Part shown: in pieces, positions 60,540 through 64,000 of the stretch
Position numbering within the stretch: position 1 is the stretch's first letter
Layout of the letters: each line of letters opens with the position of its first letter
Assembly: GCA_024704765.1 (NCBI GenBank)
Contig: JAKMXF010000288.1
Span: 372,001-436,000 of the forward strand
Direction: 5' to 3'
Origin: Oopsacas minuta
Lineage: Eukaryota; Animalia; Porifera
Length of the DNA: 64,000 nt
The notes under the pieces: generated by a model
Databases searched by the model: none
Told to the model about the DNA's origin: nothing
Seen by the model: only the letters and a program-made list of their open reading frames with translations
Program-made: the position numbers and the translations under genes

Positions 60540-61277
60540 ATGTTGTCGAGTTTCACAGTCAAAATATTTGTCATCACTATTCTCTTCACATGTAACGCGC
60601 CAATTTCATTTTGTTGTTCCAGATCTTATTCAAAAGCTGCTCGTAATATTTTGACCGAGAAAGGATTTTTTGAATCAATAGAGTCGTATGATCTTCCTAA
60701 AAATTGCCCTCTGCATCCTGCCAATGACGTGTTTGTTGTCCAAGAGGATCACAAATTCCATGACCCCTATAACAAATGGGGATGCGGGTTTTGCGGGAAG
60801 TTTTTCAGTAGTGAGCATTTTTTGGATTTGCATTTCGACCGGAAACATGATCATGAGAGAAAAAGTGGCACAAATGTGGCGTGTTTGGCTGATTTTTGCG
60901 ATATTCTCAGGTGTGATATTTTAAGTGGCGCCGTCCAGACCACTTATTGGGAATTAGCCCTTTGTGTCGATTCCAAATTTGACACTTTGAGAGAACGATG
61001 TCATAAAAGTATCCTTGATTGCTTGGATACAAGTTTGGATGCCAAGAATGTTGAAACATTCTTGAATACATCAGATAGCTTATTGTGCTCAGACTTGAGG
61101 TGTGAAAAGTATTATATAACAAACAAAGATTCACTGATGGATTATTTGTATTATTTCTTTAGATATTTGTGGATTTTCTTGACTTGTATTTTTATTTGTT
61201 TTATTTATGCTATTTGTTGTTCTGTAACGTTGTATCAATCTGAGATGAGTGAAAGAGAGAAATTGAAGGTTAATTAA
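60540..61277 (+). CDS. Signal peptide + single C2H2-like finger + Cys-rich region + C-terminal transmembrane helix, 245 aa
   Basis: Hydrophobic N-terminus, WGCGFCGKFFSSEHFLDLHFDRKH, CLADFCDILRC and TM segment LWIFLTCIFICFIYAICCSV. Confidence 0.75.
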   Translation: MLSSFTVKIFVITILFTCNAPISFCCSRSYSKAARNILTEKGFFESIESYDLPKNCPLHPANDVFVVQEDHKFHDPYNKWGCGFCGKFFSSEHFLDLHFDRKHDHERKSGTNVACLADFCDILRCDILSGAVQTTYWELALCVDSKFDTLRERCHKSILDCLDTSLDAKNVETFLNTSDSLLCSDLRCEKYYITNKDSLMDYLYYFFRYLWIFLTCIFICFIYAICCSVTLYQSEMSEREKLKVN

Positions 61278-61590
61278 GTTGTTGTTGTTGATGTTTATTT
61301 CACGATTTTATTGTTGTTGTTGATTTGCGAATGAGCCAACAATGCACAGTGTGGCAGAATGGCCATAATGGGGAAATAGGTAAATGAATCTGTATTATCA
61401 CCACAATTATACTTACATATACTAAATCGACACTGTAGATTTCAAAAATACCAATGATTTTTTAGTAGCACGACTACAAACCTAGTTATGACGTAATTAC
61501 TTACATTTTCTAATTTTTAACACTTGTGGTTCATTAGTGAGGATATTATGAAAGTTGATAATACATGCATGTCATGGTCTCTATTCTGCT

Positions 61591-61876
61591 AGATGTGTAT
61601 AAGAGACAGCTTAAATACCAATCAATTCCCATTAATCAATAAATGTCAATCATTCAACTGTTTAATAATTAAATATTCATATTTACTATTTTGTATACAA
61701 TTGGCGACGAAATATGATTAATTCACGCCTCGCTACTCCCTTGATAATTGAATATTTTGAAAGTTTTGTTCATTTTTCTGAGAGTTTTTGATTTCCTTTC
61801 TTTTCCAATAATTTCATTTTGTTCCTCAAAACTGTGAATTTCATTTTTGATTTCGAGAACTGATTTTGATTGGAGG
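61591..61876. other. Assembly artefact: Nextera/Tn5 mosaic end followed by a copy of 55552-55818
   Basis: AGATGTGTATAAGAGACAG at 61591-61609 is followed directly by sequence matching the SOWAH 3' end (one synonymous A/G difference seen) and runs into the N gap. Confidence 0.92.
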
Positions 61877-62484
61877 NNNNNNNNNNNNNNNNNNNNNNNN
61901 NNNNNNNNNNNNNNNNNNNNNNNNNNNNNNNNNNNNNNNNNNNNNNNNNNNNNNNNNNNNNNNNNNNNNNNNNNNNNNNNNNNNNNNNNNNNNNNNNNNN
62001 NNNNNNNNNNNNNNNNNNNNNNNNNNNNNNNNNNNNNNNNNNNNNNNNNNNNNNNNNNNNNNNNNNNNNNNNNNNNNNNNNNNNNNNNNNNNNNNNNNNN
62101 NNNNNNNNNNNNNNNNNNNNNNNNNNNNNNNNNNNNNNNNNNNNNNNNNNNNNNNNNNNNNNNNNNNNNNNNNNNNNNNNNNNNNNNNNNNNNNNNNNNN
62201 NNNNNNNNNNNNNNNNNNNNNNNNNNNNNNNNNNNNNNNNNNNNNNNNNNNNNNNNNNNNNNNNNNNNNNNNNNNNNNNNNNNNNNNNNNNNNNNNNNNN
62301 NNNNNNNNNNNNNNNNNNNNNNNNNNNNNNNNNNNNNNNNNNNNNNNNNNNNNNNNNNNNNNNNNNNNNNNNNNNNNNNNNNNNNNNNNNNNNNNNNNNN
62401 NNNNNNNNNNNNNNNNNNNNNNNNNNNNNNNNNNNNNNNNNNNNNNNNNNNNNNNNNNNNNNNNNNNNNNNNNNNNNNNNNNNN
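61877..62484. other. Assembly gap (608 N)
   Basis: Run of N characters. Confidence 1.
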
Positions 62485-63009
62485 AAATATGTCTATTTCC
62501 CACATTGCCACATTGCCACACTGTGGCAATGTATAATTTTTCTGTGAGCGTTGCGTCTCAAAGTCTTAGATTATAATCTGTACAGACAGATATATCAGGG
62601 ACACTATAAATTCTAGGCACTAAGTGCATTTTTTTGACATTGTGAAAGTCTTTATACAGCTCTCCGCACAGGTTGTACTTTTGGGTCTTCATGAGTCTAG
62701 AATGTGATATATTTTGAATATCTAAGTGATATCTACGCAACTCTCTGAATTAGGTGACAATTGTGTCGTCCTTAAGAACTGAGGGTGTGTAAGTGCTACG
62801 GTTCCTGACCTGATGTCCATGAGGACAGTAGGGGTCCGCATTATGTCCCAATATTGGTATAGAGATTCACTGGTGAAAGTTCCATATTTAAACTCCATTC
62901 ATAGTTATTAACAATTCATGGTTTCAATTTACATTTTCCTAATAACCATTGTTACTATAGTTACCAAATAATATGCTTATTAGAGTATCCAGTTTAGTAA
63001 AGGTGTGAA

Positions 63010-63360
63010 ATGGCAGACAAACCATCTACACCACCTGACAGCCCAGAGTTAGTTCGCAGCCCAGTTTCAAACATGAGGACACATGCAAATGTGTCAGGGG
63101 CTGATCTCCAAAAAGTGACAGATATGTCCACAGAGGAGGAGAGCCACAATTTGGGTAAGGCAGCCACTTTACTTCAAAATGTGGCATTCAAGGGAAGAGC
63201 AATTGGAACTGAAACTAGTAAAGAGAAGATAGTATTGAATAAAGAAGATGTAGACTTTATTATAGAACACATGGAGGTGTCAAAAGTTGTCGCTGAGAGA
63301 ACACTAAGAGAGCAAGAGGGCAATCTATATAATGCATTAGTTCAATTGATAAATTCTTGA
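63010..63360 (+). CDS. HYPK: Huntingtin-interacting protein K (NatA regulator)
   Basis: H...SGADLQKVTD and C-terminal UBA-like KEDVDFIIEHMEVSKVVAERTLREQEGNLYNALVQL. Confidence 0.88.
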   Translation: MADKPSTPPDSPELVRSPVSNMRTHANVSGADLQKVTDMSTEEESHNLGKAATLLQNVAFKGRAIGTETSKEKIVLNKEDVDFIIEHMEVSKVVAERTLREQEGNLYNALVQLINS

Positions 63361-63555
63361 ATATTATTAGCAACCGTTCTTGGATGTAGAATGTGGCATA
63401 GTGTCTTACAACTGTCCCGTTTTTGTAGATGGCGTCTGCCACTTTTTCTGACATAATCGGGATAACACCTCTGTTTATTGTGTCGGTTTATTATTATTTG
63501 TTGTTTATTTGAATATTAGCTATCTTATCTCTCCCAGAAATACACAAACTCTGAA

Positions 63556-63729
63556 ATGTAAGTAAACCTTCCATCAACTGTTTTACTGGTTACTTGTTTG
63601 TTTGTTTGTTTAGGTCTAACGTTCAGAATCTACAGGATAAGACAAAAGAGGTTCAGGGTGTAGTTAAAAGTAATCTTAACAAAGCATTAGATAGAGATCA
63701 AGCTCTGGGTGATATCGAACAAAGAGCTG
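63556..63729 (+). CDS. Synaptobrevin/VAMP R-SNARE, first two coding exons (63556-63557 and 63614-63729); gene continues beyond the window
   Basis: AT|GTAAGT...TTTAG|G TCT AAC gives MSNVQNLQDKTKEVQGVVKSNLNKALDRDQALGDIEQRA, an R-SNARE heptad with zero-layer Arg in LDRD. Confidence 0.8.
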
Positions 63730-63759
63730 GTAATTTATGTATATATTTAATCTAACACC

Positions 63760-63990
63760 TCTAATAGTAGCCCCATTCAATGAACCTCTCCCTCCCTGAG
63801 GGATGTAGCCAAATACCAACGAGGTAACCATGGAAACTGGGACATAACACGTCACAGAAGCACGTTAGGGAGTTGGTGATCATATTCATGTATAGAATGC
63901 TATGATTCATGGAATGTAGTATGTGATTATATGTTATGTCCCCCGTACAAGGGTGTTAAAATATGAATAATCACTCAGGCTAATAATCGA
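63760..63990 (+). mobile_element. MITE family A copy in the VAMP intron
   Basis: Ends TCTAATAGTAGCC and GGCTAATAATCGA; internal sequence nearly identical to the other copies. Confidence 0.8.
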
Positions 63991-64000
63991 GTATATATTT

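Noticed and set aside
61610-61876. Apparent second copy of the SOWAH-like gene end (ORF 61723-62529)
   Set aside because: It starts exactly after a Nextera mosaic-end sequence and runs into the N gap, so it is a library or scaffolding artefact, probably allelic, not a real duplication.
61723-62576. Five long ORFs across the gap
   Set aside because: They consist of translated N characters.
62558-62900. Possible coding exon after the gap
   Set aside because: Only short frames with no recognisable motif or consistent splice pattern.
1-64000. CRISPR arrays, rRNA genes, autonomous transposases or prokaryotic operons
   Set aside because: None seen; the repeats are dispersed MITEs and microsatellites, and the genes are spliceosomal eukaryotic genes.

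Overview
Gene-dense, AT-rich eukaryotic (animal) genomic DNA with short GT-AG introns, many MITE-like repeats and (AAAC)n tracts. The compact layout resembles a non-bilaterian animal such as a glass sponge; this is inference only. Left to right: four tandem minus-strand caspase paralogs (three intact and intronless, one decayed; two carry a SAM-like N-terminus), QARS1, a STARD7/PCTP-like gene that is absent from the ORF track, RPSA, DCUN1D3, NUDT8, PICALM, HUS1, SLC25A11, a spliced CBM48+bacterial-type esterase gene, CFAP47, RNF114/166-like, ATG4, a PI-PLC-X pseudoenzyme, RPS18, an ACK/TNK2-like kinase, NUP93, a coiled-coil/propeller gene, a GNAT, SOWAH-like, a luminal C2H2 protein, HYPK and the start of a VAMP. 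The main structural finding came from stitching exons by hand. Three host genes carry seven complete genes inside single introns: STARD7 hosts RPSA and DCUN1D3; ATG4 hosts the PLC-X gene; the ACK kinase domain is split by a 12.9-kb intron holding NUP93 and three more genes. All same-strand guests are intronless, and the intron-bearing guests are antisense. The main protein-level novelties are the SAM-like prodomain caspases and a possible domesticated horizontally acquired CBM48-esterase. A Nextera adapter, a short duplicated segment and an N gap near 61.6-62.5 kb are assembly artefacts. All family calls come from motif recognition by eye; no database searches were run.
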